DNA from: a virus
IMG/VR virus record: IMGVR_UViG_3300020733_000010
Location: 1 to 64,000 of that record
Length of the DNA stretch: 64,000 nt
Strand: one strand, 5' to 3'
A program made the position numbers and the translations under genes. Numbering within the stretch: position 1 is the first letter of the stretch; each line of letters opens with the position of its first letter. This document shows, piece after piece, positions 45,825-54,193 of the stretch. Below the pieces are notes generated by a model. The model searched no databases, was not told the origin of the DNA, and saw only the letters and a list, made by a program, of their open reading frames with translations.

Positions 45825-46343
45825 TTAACTCGCTACAACTTTACTTACACTATTAATAACACTTGCAATGCGACCAATATCTCGTAGTTGTTCTACGGTA
45901 TAGCCCATCTTTTTCAACCCTTCGTAGTGTGCTTTTACACAGAAGTGACATTTACCAACGATACTTGCAGCTAATGAATATGCTTCAAATCTTTCTTTGG
46001 TTGTTCCACCACTTGTACTAATAGCATTCATACGCAACTGTGCAGGTAAACCTTTTAAGTTTTCATCGTCAGCCATTTCAACAAATGGATACCAAATGTT
46101 GTTTTGTGCCATCAATGCACCTGCGGTTAATGCAGCTTGTGTTTCAGTCTTGTTTTGAATTTGACTTTCCATCCAAGCCCACAATTTACTGTTGCCAGTA
46201 GCAAAAGCAGCCGCTAGTGCAACCGCTTCTGCTTCTTCAACAGGTAGAGTACTACGCTTAATTACAGCGTCAATGTTTAGCTTGGTATCCTTGGCATAGT
46301 CAGGAATACTTTGCTCTTTTAGTGCGTCTACCCAAGCAGTCAT
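45825..46343 (-). CDS. ahpD: alkylhydroperoxidase AhpD (start 46343)
   Basis: IPDYAKDTKLN, AALTAGALMAQNN.WY, SIVGKCHFCVKAH (CxxC); TAATG coupling to ahpC. Confidence 0.88.
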   Translation of the reverse strand: MTAWVDALKEQSIPDYAKDTKLNIDAVIKRSTLPVEEAEAVALAAAFATGNSKLWAWMESQIQNKTETQAALTAGALMAQNNIWYPFVEMADDENLKGLPAQLRMNAISTSGGTTKERFEAYSLAASIVGKCHFCVKAHYEGLKKMGYTVEQLRDIGRIASVINSVSKVVAS

Positions 46344-46888
46344 TATAGTGTGTCTCCACCGATTGGGCGTGAGCATGGGCATAACTCGCCAGTTTGCAAT
46401 GCGTCAAGAATACGCAATGTTTCGTCTGGGTTACGACCAACATCCAAGTTGTTTACTGTAACATGTTGAATAACATTGTCTGGATCAACAATGAATGTTG
46501 CACGAAGTGCCGCACCTGCTGGACCATAGAAGATACCCAATTGTTCTGCCAATGAATTTTCATCACGAGCAACATCGGCAAAACTCCATGAAGTTGTTTT
46601 CTTCAAATCTTCATGTGCATTACGCCATGCTAGTTTACAGAATTCATTATCTGTTGAACCGATCAATAACACTGCATCACGGTCTTCAAAGTCTTGACGC
46701 AACTTGTCGTATGCAACGATTTCAGTTGGACATACGAATGTAAAGTCTTTTGGATAGTAAACGATGATTTTCCATTTACCTTCAAAACTTTGGTCTGTGA
46801 TTGTTTCAAATGCATTGTCTGGTGTCAATGCTCCTGGCTTAACGCCTGTGACTGCAAAACTTGTGATTTTATCGCCGATTGTTTTCAT
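46343..46888 (-). CDS. ahpC: 2-Cys peroxiredoxin AhpC
   Basis: YPKDFTFVCPTEI, ALRATFIVDP, VGRNPDE.LR.LDALQ..ELCPC. Confidence 0.93.
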   Translation of the reverse strand: MKTIGDKITSFAVTGVKPGALTPDNAFETITDQSFEGKWKIIVYYPKDFTFVCPTEIVAYDKLRQDFEDRDAVLLIGSTDNEFCKLAWRNAHEDLKKTTSWSFADVARDENSLAEQLGIFYGPAGAALRATFIVDPDNVIQHVTVNNLDVGRNPDETLRILDALQTGELCPCSRPIGGDTL

Positions 46889-46906
46889 TTTAATTTCCTT
46901 TGTGTG

Positions 46907-47278
46907 TTAATGAATTTTACTTTGTGCCCTACAATTGGGGCATATCAATTGTAGATTATTTTCTTTGTTGTTGTAACTGTCGCCGTCTTTGTAAATTACA
47001 TCTAACGGGACTTTGTCACCATTCCAAAACTTTGTATCACACACTTCACATGCATGTCCTCGGTTTTGAATCAAATACTGTTTGATATAGTCAGGAATCT
47101 TAGCCCACGCTTGTGGCGTTTTAGCTTCTTTCCATTCTTGGACTTTCTCAAACGCCTTGTTTCTGCGCTGATGTTCTTGCTGGCAACTATTATTACAGTA
47201 CTTGTTGGTGTAAGAAGATCCTTTGCTAGGATTATTCCTACCACAATTTAAACAAGTAAAACAACCTAAATTTGACAT
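46907..47278 (-). CDS. zinc-binding HNH-like protein, apparently degenerate
   Basis: CLNC, YCNNSC, CEVC, ICPNC; DVIYKDG and CPNCRAQ in place of DHIDG and CPNCH. Confidence 0.8.
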   Translation of the reverse strand: MSNLGCFTCLNCGRNNPSKGSSYTNKYCNNSCQQEHQRRNKAFEKVQEWKEAKTPQAWAKIPDYIKQYLIQNRGHACEVCDTKFWNGDKVPLDVIYKDGDSYNNKENNLQLICPNCRAQSKIH

Positions 47279-47375
47279 TTTCCTCTTTCTTATAGAGCAC
47301 TATTGTAGAGCACTCTATACTTTTACTTAGTGCTCTATGTTTTGTATTATATATGCATATATCGGAGAAAGCAAC

Positions 47376-47403
47376 AAAAAAGGGCACTTAGGTGCCCTTT
47401 TTA
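47376..47403 (-). terminator. intrinsic terminator after porin
   Basis: AAAGGGCAC-CTAA-GTGCCCTTT with T/A tracts on both sides. Confidence 0.8.
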
Positions 47404-47426
47404 TTAAGTTATGGTCTAATCAAATA

Positions 47427-48440
47427 TTAGAAACGAATGCGTAGACCTGCACCCAATGTTTGACCAGCAGTTTGTGCTGTTACATAAGTGCGACCAACTG
47501 TTGCATAAACATCAGTTTTCTTGCTTAGGTTGTAGTCATAGCCAACTGCATACTCATCGTATGTAGTAATTGCACCACCGTCATAACGAGTATGTGCAGC
47601 TTCTGCCAATACGCTACCTGGACCCATTGGAACATTTGCAGACACTTGAGTTGTCTTACCATCCATGTTCAATGCTTTGTCTTTACCTTCTGTGTAGGTA
47701 GCAAACAATTTAGCAACTTTCAAGTCATAGCTTGCGCCTAGACCACGCTCTGTTGATTGTGTGCCTGGGTTAGCTGTATAGATATCAGTTTGGAAACTAC
47801 CAGAACTATTGTAACCTGTCTTTTGATAGAATGCTGTCAAGCCCAAATCACCCTTGAAGTACAATACATTGCCACCGAAGTTTTGAGCACTTGTACCTTT
47901 AGAATTTTGCAAGCTAACTGTTGCACCACCGATGCTTGGTGTTGTGTATTTTACGCTGTTGTCCCATGCTGTATCATTGTACAACTGAGTTTGTGCATTA
48001 CCTGTGTTACCAAAGTAAGTAGCGTGCCATAATGGGCTATAAGCGCCACTGTCACCATAAGCGTTAAACAAGATCACTGGCAAGAATGTTGGGTTTGTTT
48101 GACGACCCAATGTTAGTTCACCAAAACTACCTTGCAAGCCAGCGTATGCTGAACGAGCAAATGTGTTAACTGTTGAACCACCTTGTACAGCACCGTTGCT
48201 GTCATTCAAGAAGCTACTTAATTCAAAAACTGCTTTAGAACCATTACCCAAGTCTTCACTGCCCTTGAAGCCAATAAAACTTGTTGTCATTCCACCACTA
48301 GTATAACCTGTAGTTGTTGTTGCAGCGTTTGGTGCTTTTGTGCTAGAATATCCAGCGTCCATTGTGCCGAAAACACTAACATCTGCCATTGCTGACATTG
48401 CGATTGTTAATGCGAATACGGCTGAAATTACCTTCTTCAT
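47427..48440 (-). CDS. Gram-negative general porin (betaproteobacterial type)
   Basis: Signal peptide ending AMA; VSVFGTMDAG, IGFKGSEDLGNG.KAVFEL, R.AY.GL.G.FGELTLGRQ, GYDYNLSKKTDVY, C-terminal GLRIRF. Confidence 0.93.
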   Translation of the reverse strand: MKKVISAVFALTIAMSAMADVSVFGTMDAGYSSTKAPNAATTTTGYTSGGMTTSFIGFKGSEDLGNGSKAVFELSSFLNDSNGAVQGGSTVNTFARSAYAGLQGSFGELTLGRQTNPTFLPVILFNAYGDSGAYSPLWHATYFGNTGNAQTQLYNDTAWDNSVKYTTPSIGGATVSLQNSKGTSAQNFGGNVLYFKGDLGLTAFYQKTGYNSSGSFQTDIYTANPGTQSTERGLGASYDLKVAKLFATYTEGKDKALNMDGKTTQVSANVPMGPGSVLAEAAHTRYDGGAITTYDEYAVGYDYNLSKKTDVYATVGRTYVTAQTAGQTLGAGLRIRF

Positions 48441-48471
48441 TTTTCAATTTTCCTTTAAAGTTTATGAAATT

Positions 48472-48639
48472 TTACCAGTGTCGTACTACACCGGCAACAA
48501 TAAACATGTTGGTTATAATATAACACAACACGATTAGTGTCCTGATTATAGCAACTTTGTCAGCAATGGCATCATCATTATGGGCTTTTTCACCTAATGC
48601 TTTAGACCAAATTGACCAGAAGTTATTCTTCCGACTCAT
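48472..48639 (-). CDS. 55-aa membrane peptide (not in ORF track)
   Basis: MSRKNNFWSIWSKALGEKA...ADKVAIIRTLIVLCYIITNMFIVAGVVRHW*, a recurrent aquatic-phage peptide type. Confidence 0.75.
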   Translation of the reverse strand: MSRKNNFWSIWSKALGEKAHNDDAIADKVAIIRTLIVLCYIITNMFIVAGVVRHW

Positions 48640-48934
48640 CTACCAACCCGTTGCTATGCCTATCTCTATGACCATCTAGGTCTTGAAACAAGCGATGTTC
48701 TTGTGCTGTGAGTTTATCTTTATGTGTTTTGCGTGGGTTACCACACATATAACACTTTGGATTACCACAATCCATAGCATGATGCTTAGCCAAACGATGA
48801 GGTTGTTTCTCGCTGGGACTACGCATTGTACCTGGAATATGCGCTGCTTTAGCAATCTTTAACTGTCTTGCGATTGCTACGTCGGTCTTATGACGGCGAC
48901 GGCTATTTAGAAATTTTGCTTGTTCGTTGCTCAT
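48623..48934 (-). CDS. basic hypothetical protein with C-x4-C-x2-C motif
   Basis: HHAMDCGNPKCYMCGNPRK; TATAAT 5 nt before ATG. Confidence 0.75.
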   Translation of the reverse strand: MSNEQAKFLNSRRRHKTDVAIARQLKIAKAAHIPGTMRSPSEKQPHRLAKHHAMDCGNPKCYMCGNPRKTHKDKLTAQEHRLFQDLDGHRDRHSNGLVDESEE

Positions 48935-48970
48935 ACTATATTATATATATGACAATATATTTATCGCAAG

Positions 48971-48994
48971 AAAAAAGGCTACCGAAGTAGCCTT
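48971..48994 (-). terminator. tmRNA terminator with UUCG loop
   Basis: AAGGCTAC-TTCG-GTAGCCTT followed by T-run. Confidence 0.88.
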
Positions 48995-48995
48995 C

Positions 48996-49254
48996 TTAAG
49001 TAGCGTTTGGTTATAAGGCGCTACTCAAACCTCATTTAGGCTGCAAGAGCCCAAACAGCATCATTGGCTGCATTTACTTTGTTTTCTTCTTTTTACATCG
49101 TTGCTGATGTGCTGTCCAGTCAAATACTGATTACCCAATCGATCACCATGTCCGCCCCACTAAAAAACTCTTTTTCAAAAAAAATCTTTTGGTGGAGCGG
49201 GGGGTTTCGAAACCCCGTCTTGAATACTTTTCTTTTTCCTTCATACAGCAATAA
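48996..49254 (-). ncRNA. ssrA: circularly permuted two-piece tmRNA
   Basis: Acceptor piece (about 49254-49190) ends GAC-GGGG-TTTCGAAA-CCCC-CCGCTCC-ACCA; 31-nt spacer; coding piece starts GGGGCGG at 49158 (G3-U70 Ala identity); tag ORF 49071-49036 AANDAVWALAA*. Confidence 0.92.
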
Positions 49255-49302
49255 CTTATATTTAATCATAATTGACAATACCTGTCAATTAGTTTGGGTA
49301 AG

Positions 49303-49866
49303 TTATTTTGCTAATGGGTTATCCATTGCTTTCTGTATCTTTGAATCAACTTCTTTACGAACTTCTTTTAGTGATTGATCTACTTCTTTGCTGTTGCGGC
49401 GTAGTTCTTGTTGTACATCTCGTACTGCTTGATCTGTTTCACGAGCACTTTGTTTTTGACTGCGCTCTACATTTTCAACAACACCTTCTAGACGACGGAT
49501 ATCGCCTTTAAGATCGTTTTTAATGTCACGAGTATAATCCGCTGTTTTGTTTGCACTGTCTTGAACCGCGGCTGCTGTTTCGTTTTGATTCTTTTCAATT
49601 ACTGACAAACGCTTGTCAAACTCGCTCAAGTCTGGGGCTACATATTCGGCAATCTTTTTCTTCATGCCCATGTAGTCATTGTAAACTTGAAAGCATCCAT
49701 ACAAGCCACCTATGATTGAACTTGCTAATGTAAATGCCACCATTAGTTTAGCTGGTGTGAATTCGTAGCCGCCAATACTGATTACAGTATCAGCACTTGC
49801 GTACTTCTTTACTGCTGCTTCTGCTTCGTCAATTTTTTGATTGACATCTTTAATTTCTTCTGTCAT
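49303..49866 (-). CDS. membrane-anchored coiled-coil protein
   Basis: One TM segment (LMVAFTLASSIIGGLYGCF) then a long coiled coil ending DNPLAK. Confidence 0.78.
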   Translation of the reverse strand: MTEEIKDVNQKIDEAEAAVKKYASADTVISIGGYEFTPAKLMVAFTLASSIIGGLYGCFQVYNDYMGMKKKIAEYVAPDLSEFDKRLSVIEKNQNETAAAVQDSANKTADYTRDIKNDLKGDIRRLEGVVENVERSQKQSARETDQAVRDVQQELRRNSKEVDQSLKEVRKEVDSKIQKAMDNPLAK

Positions 49867-49867
49867 T

Positions 49868-51853
49868 TTAGTTTCCTAGTTTATATTGGCTCTCAACCAT
49901 TTCTTCCCATTTGTATTCGCTGGGACCTGCTAACCTACGCTGTGCATTGCGATTGTCTGTGACTGGTTTACTATATTGTCTTGCCATTTGCAATGCATTC
50001 GTATCTGGTACAATTGAATTCTGATATGCAGTGAATCCTGGTACATAGCCCATTGCTGCTACTACTGCACCCTGTGCTGCAACTTGTGCTTCTAGTGTAG
50101 CTGCCTTCTTCATGTTTTCTGCTGCTGCCTTAGCTTTTGCACCTGCTTCTTTCTTTTGTTCTTCTTTACTTTCAGATTTGCTTGCTGTTGTAGTTGAACT
50201 TGAAGAACTAGAACTATTAGTTGTTGAACTAGTAGGGGTTTGTGCTAAACTTGTAGCACTTGTTGGGCTAGTTGCATTTGGTGTATTGATAACGCTAGTC
50301 ACACTGGTTACGCTTGTAGGGCTAGTTGTACTTGGTACAACTGTTGCACTTTGCACTGGTGTCTGAACTATAGTAGGTGTTATCGTATTGTTTGTAGTTG
50401 TTACTACAGTTACTGGTGCCACATAATTACTACATCCAGGTTGTGGATTAATTTTACAACTATCTGTAAATTGTTTGGCTTGATACGCTGCTTGATATCC
50501 GGGACAATTGCTTGCAAATAATGGACTAATACGACATTGTTGGTCATGGTATGCTGCTTGATATCCTGGACAACTTGTTGAATATAATTGACTCATGCTA
50601 CATTGCTGTGTCAAGTATGCTTGTTGATATCCAGGGCAAGTTACACTATACAATTGATTTTGGTTGCAACTTTGTGCAAACGCAGCCTGTTGGTATCCAG
50701 GACATGCTGTATTATATAATGGGTTAGCTGTACATTGTTGATTAAAGTATGCTTGTTGATAACCAGGGCATTGTGTACTATACAATTGATTTGCTGTACA
50801 TTGTTGTGTTAAAAATGCTTGTTGGTAGCCGGGACAATCACTTGCAAATAATGGACTGATATTGCATTGTTGAGCATGATATGCCACTTGATACCCGGGG
50901 CAACTTGTACTGTACAATTGATTTGCGTTACATTGTTGGTTAAAATATGCTGTTTGGTAACCAGGACATCCAGTATCATATAACGGGTTAGCCGTACATT
51001 GTTGATTGTAATATGCCTGTTGATAACCGGGACATGCTGTTCCATATAATGGATTTATGCTACATTGTTGTTGAACATACGCTGCTTGATAACCAGGACA
51101 TGTTGAAGCGTACAATGGATTGGAGCTACATTGTTGATTGAAGTAAGCAGTTTGATATCCAGCACAACTTGTACTGTACAAGGGGTTTGCGTTACATTGT
51201 TGTGTTAGGTACGCTTGTGCATAGCCATTGCAACTTGTTGAACTCAATGGATTGCTTGCACAAGGATCGCTGCCATAGTTTAATCTAACGTCAATGTTTT
51301 GTACTGCTGGTCCGTAGTAGCCAGCCCAACCTCTATTGTCATGCCCACTAAAGCTGATGCGTAGGCCACTGACCGCACTGAGTGCATAAGGGTTGGTGAA
51401 TGTCTGTGTGCCACTCATGGGCGTCCATGCTGCCGCTGTTGCGCCCATTGAGTAGTTATAGCTCTGTAGTGTGGCACCATTGGGTGCTGTCAGTGAGATA
51501 TTGCCAGTCAAAGTACCAGCATTGTAGCCATTGTTCCAATAGTTCCAGTAGTAGTTGTAGCCGCTGATTTGCACACCACTGCCTTGTAGCGCATTGTTGA
51601 TGGCGATGGTTTGTTGAACTGTGGCTTGGTTGTAACTGAAATAGATTCCGCCACCCGCCTGCAGATTACCGGTATCCACATAGGCAGTATTGCCAGTACA
51701 GCACCCAAGCACATTGCGTGGGTTGTTATTGATTGCCCCGCTCATTGCTTGTCCAGTCCATGCTGTTGGATTAACTAAGTTGTTGGTAGTTTGTGTCTGC
51801 GCTAAACTGATTGATACTACCAACGCTAATACTAGCGCAAATAGTTGCTTCAT
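49868..51853 (-). CDS. secreted protein with 12 tandem 22-aa two-Cys repeats
   Basis: Signal peptide; consensus QQC..NPLY.T.CPGYQ.AY; Ser/Thr-rich linker; C-terminal AMGYVPGF.AY. Confidence 0.85.
   Translation of the reverse strand: MKQLFALVLALVVSISLAQTQTTNNLVNPTAWTGQAMSGAINNNPRNVLGCCTGNTAYVDTGNLQAGGGIYFSYNQATVQQTIAINNALQGSGVQISGYNYYWNYWNNGYNAGTLTGNISLTAPNGATLQSYNYSMGATAAAWTPMSGTQTFTNPYALSAVSGLRISFSGHDNRGWAGYYGPAVQNIDVRLNYGSDPCASNPLSSTSCNGYAQAYLTQQCNANPLYSTSCAGYQTAYFNQQCSSNPLYASTCPGYQAAYVQQQCSINPLYGTACPGYQQAYYNQQCTANPLYDTGCPGYQTAYFNQQCNANQLYSTSCPGYQVAYHAQQCNISPLFASDCPGYQQAFLTQQCTANQLYSTQCPGYQQAYFNQQCTANPLYNTACPGYQQAAFAQSCNQNQLYSVTCPGYQQAYLTQQCSMSQLYSTSCPGYQAAYHDQQCRISPLFASNCPGYQAAYQAKQFTDSCKINPQPGCSNYVAPVTVVTTTNNTITPTIVQTPVQSATVVPSTTSPTSVTSVTSVINTPNATSPTSATSLAQTPTSSTTNSSSSSSSTTTASKSESKEEQKKEAGAKAKAAAENMKKAATLEAQVAAQGAVVAAMGYVPGFTAYQNSIVPDTNALQMARQYSKPVTDNRNAQRRLAGPSEYKWEEMVESQYKLGN
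50480..51270 (-). repeat. 66-nt coding tandem repeat, about 12 copies (approximate bounds)
   Basis: Recurrent acattgttg / ccaggaca / tacaa units at 66-nt period. Confidence 0.85.
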
Positions 51854-52314
51854 CTTTTCTCAGTTACAACTTTAGGTTGACGCTCTGGGTGTTCTTCCCA
51901 TGCTGTTTTTGCTTCTTGACCGATCTTACCATCAATAGGACATGGTGTGCCTGCTGCCATCATAGCATCAAATACACGACGGTCTTGACACATTGTAGCA
52001 ACTGCTGCAACTTTCATACCCATATCAAATAGTGTCTTGCTTAGTTTTAAGCGTTCACAGTTCCAGTCTGTTGTTGTACCGCCAAAGCTGATACCTAGAA
52101 TCTGTGTTTGTGCTGCACCACCAAAACCCACAGCACAAACATCACTATTAATGTTGGTAATAGTTGGACTGATTGCGCTAGGTGGAGGACTTTTAACCGT
52201 AGTTGTGGTTTCTCCGTTAGTTGTGGTTGTGCTTGTAGATTCTGTTACGATAGGTTGCGATAGCGCAGCCGTAGTAACCAAAAGGAATGTCAGGCTTGTT
52301 ATTATTTTTCTCAT
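51850..52314 (-). CDS. secreted Cys-containing protein (start 52314)
   Basis: Signal peptide; SPPPSAISP..., CA.G..GA.QTQILG.S.G...D.NCERLKL...MCQD..VF.AM..AGTPCP. Confidence 0.8.
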   Translation of the reverse strand: MRKIITSLTFLLVTTAALSQPIVTESTSTTTTNGETTTTVKSPPPSAISPTITNINSDVCAVGFGGAAQTQILGISFGGTTTDWNCERLKLSKTLFDMGMKVAAVATMCQDRRVFDAMMAAGTPCPIDGKIGQEAKTAWEEHPERQPKVVTEKR

Positions 52315-52371
52315 TATTGTTGACTCCCTAATATATTTAGTATTGGGTAGTGTCAAATAATGTCAATATAA

Positions 52372-52467
52372 TTACTCGCCGTCTTCATGTTGACTTTTCC
52401 AATCCATAATCCAATAGATTGCTGCGCCGACAACTAATAAAAATAGTATCCAAAATAGTGTTGTCAT
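52372..52467 (-). CDS. 31-aa single-TM peptide (not in ORF track)
   Basis: ATAAATA-ACAAT-ATG; MTTLFWILFLLVVGAAIYWIMDWKSQHEDGE*. Confidence 0.6.
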   Translation of the reverse strand: MTTLFWILFLLVVGAAIYWIMDWKSQHEDGE

Positions 52468-52471
52468 ATTG

Positions 52472-54193
52472 TTATTTATTGTAGTGTTCACTCAACCAAG
52501 CCCAGTCATAACTTAATTTCAGTTTTGTCATGTCCCCACCGACTTCATTGAAATAATCAATTGCATCTTTTGCACCTTTAACACTTGCTTGGGCAAAAGG
52601 ACCTTCTGCATTGTTTATCCATACTGATAAACGCTTTGCTGACTCTTTATCTGTTGCGTTTCTAAGTTTGATGCATTCTCTAAAAGTAGTACGCCAAACA
52701 TCCCACTCACTATTAAACACTGCGGTACCGGACAACATATCGACCACTTCCGTTTTGCTATCCATTGTAAAATCTAATCCTTGTCCTGTGGTTGCAAGTG
52801 TTAGTTTTTTATTGTTTGCAACCATAGCCATATGACCATAAACTAAGCCATTGATAGGATTCTTTGCTTTGAAAATATAATGTCTACGTGATTGCATGAT
52901 GTTAGGTTGCCAATTAAAATCAAAATCACTGTTGACTTTAAGTTTAGCATTGACAAGAAAGTACCAAGGTGTATCCGAACTGTTTGCTGCTGCATATTGA
53001 CTAGCAATGCGACCATTAACCTTGTCTACTCTAACAATTCTATTTGGTAAGTTAAGACTTAGTAAATGGTTGTAATTATCTTCTGCACAAGTTTCACCGT
53101 TGCTAAAGAATACAATGTCCAATGGTTTACGATAACCCATGAGTTTGTCTGTGATTATGTAAGGATAGTCTGTTAATTTTTCAACTAAGTGAGATTTGAT
53201 TGTATTAGGGACAATTGCACAATCTTCATATAACAATGCGTACTCACATTCAGGGTTGCGTTTATACAAAGCTGTGTTGTAATCTAATACGTGCTGTGTA
53301 TTTTGAAAGTGAACATATTTGGTTTTAAACTTATGTTCCATGACAGCATCAAATATAGAATCTTCAAAAGATAATTTTTCTATTTCAAGTTTTGCTTTTG
53401 GATAATCAACGTACTTTGTTTCTGTTGCACCCTTGACTCTATGCATAACCGTAGGCATAAACTCAGGTGTATGGAACTCGTTGCCAAAGATATAGGTGTA
53501 GGGAGGGTCATTAGGATTAGGTCTCCAACTATAATCAAAGTCAGTAATTGCTTCTAATCCTCTAAATTTTTTGTTATTGAGTTTGATGATCGCAAACATA
53601 TCATCAACATATTTTGTATCACCGTTAGTGCCTTTATACTTTAATGTAGGCATTGTTTTGCCGTCATACCACTGATTACCAAACACAAAATTCATAGGTG
53701 GCTCATGGTAACTAGGTATCCAGCTATAATCAAACTCTATGTCATCATCTACTAATATTTCAAAGTTATCTTTGTTGGGTAGTAGCGTTGCTTTTATTTC
53801 TGTAACAAACTTTTTCTCCGTTGCACCTCTAACTCTATATTGGTATGTGGGCATATCATCATGCCATTGATTACTAAACACATATATGAAGGGTGGCTCA
53901 GTATCATCTGGATGCCAACTATAATCAATTGTTGCATTAGAGACTAATGGTCTCCAGTTGCGATTATTAGGATCAGGTAGTTTCTTTACACGTTGACATG
54001 ACTGATACTTAACACCGTCATGCTCTTGTACTACAAATCTTGGTCCACCTGTCTTCTGCCACTGTGTACCAAACTGATGAATATAGGGAGGATCGTATGG
54101 GTCGGGGCGCCATGAGTAGTCAAACCCAATTGAATCTATATAATCAGGTACTTCCCAATAATTATCATCTTCAACATAAATTTTATGTAGCAT
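52472..54193 (-). CDS. four DYSWxP repeats fused to a glycosyltransferase-like domain
   Basis: FDYSW.P...PP.....FG.QW repeats; C-terminal domain paralogous to 57653-58597. Confidence 0.75.
   Translation of the reverse strand: MLHKIYVEDDNYWEVPDYIDSIGFDYSWRPDPYDPPYIHQFGTQWQKTGGPRFVVQEHDGVKYQSCQRVKKLPDPNNRNWRPLVSNATIDYSWHPDDTEPPFIYVFSNQWHDDMPTYQYRVRGATEKKFVTEIKATLLPNKDNFEILVDDDIEFDYSWIPSYHEPPMNFVFGNQWYDGKTMPTLKYKGTNGDTKYVDDMFAIIKLNNKKFRGLEAITDFDYSWRPNPNDPPYTYIFGNEFHTPEFMPTVMHRVKGATETKYVDYPKAKLEIEKLSFEDSIFDAVMEHKFKTKYVHFQNTQHVLDYNTALYKRNPECEYALLYEDCAIVPNTIKSHLVEKLTDYPYIITDKLMGYRKPLDIVFFSNGETCAEDNYNHLLSLNLPNRIVRVDKVNGRIASQYAAANSSDTPWYFLVNAKLKVNSDFDFNWQPNIMQSRRHYIFKAKNPINGLVYGHMAMVANNKKLTLATTGQGLDFTMDSKTEVVDMLSGTAVFNSEWDVWRTTFRECIKLRNATDKESAKRLSVWINNAEGPFAQASVKGAKDAIDYFNEVGGDMTKLKLSYDWAWLSEHYNK

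Noticed and set aside
49190-49222. Truncated ordinary tRNA
   Set aside because: The matching 5' acceptor strand lies downstream and is followed by a tag reading frame, so it is the acceptor piece of a permuted tmRNA.
50480-51270. CRISPR array
   Set aside because: The 66-nt units are degenerate, in-frame coding repeats without unique spacers. No CRISPR array or cas gene was seen in the window.
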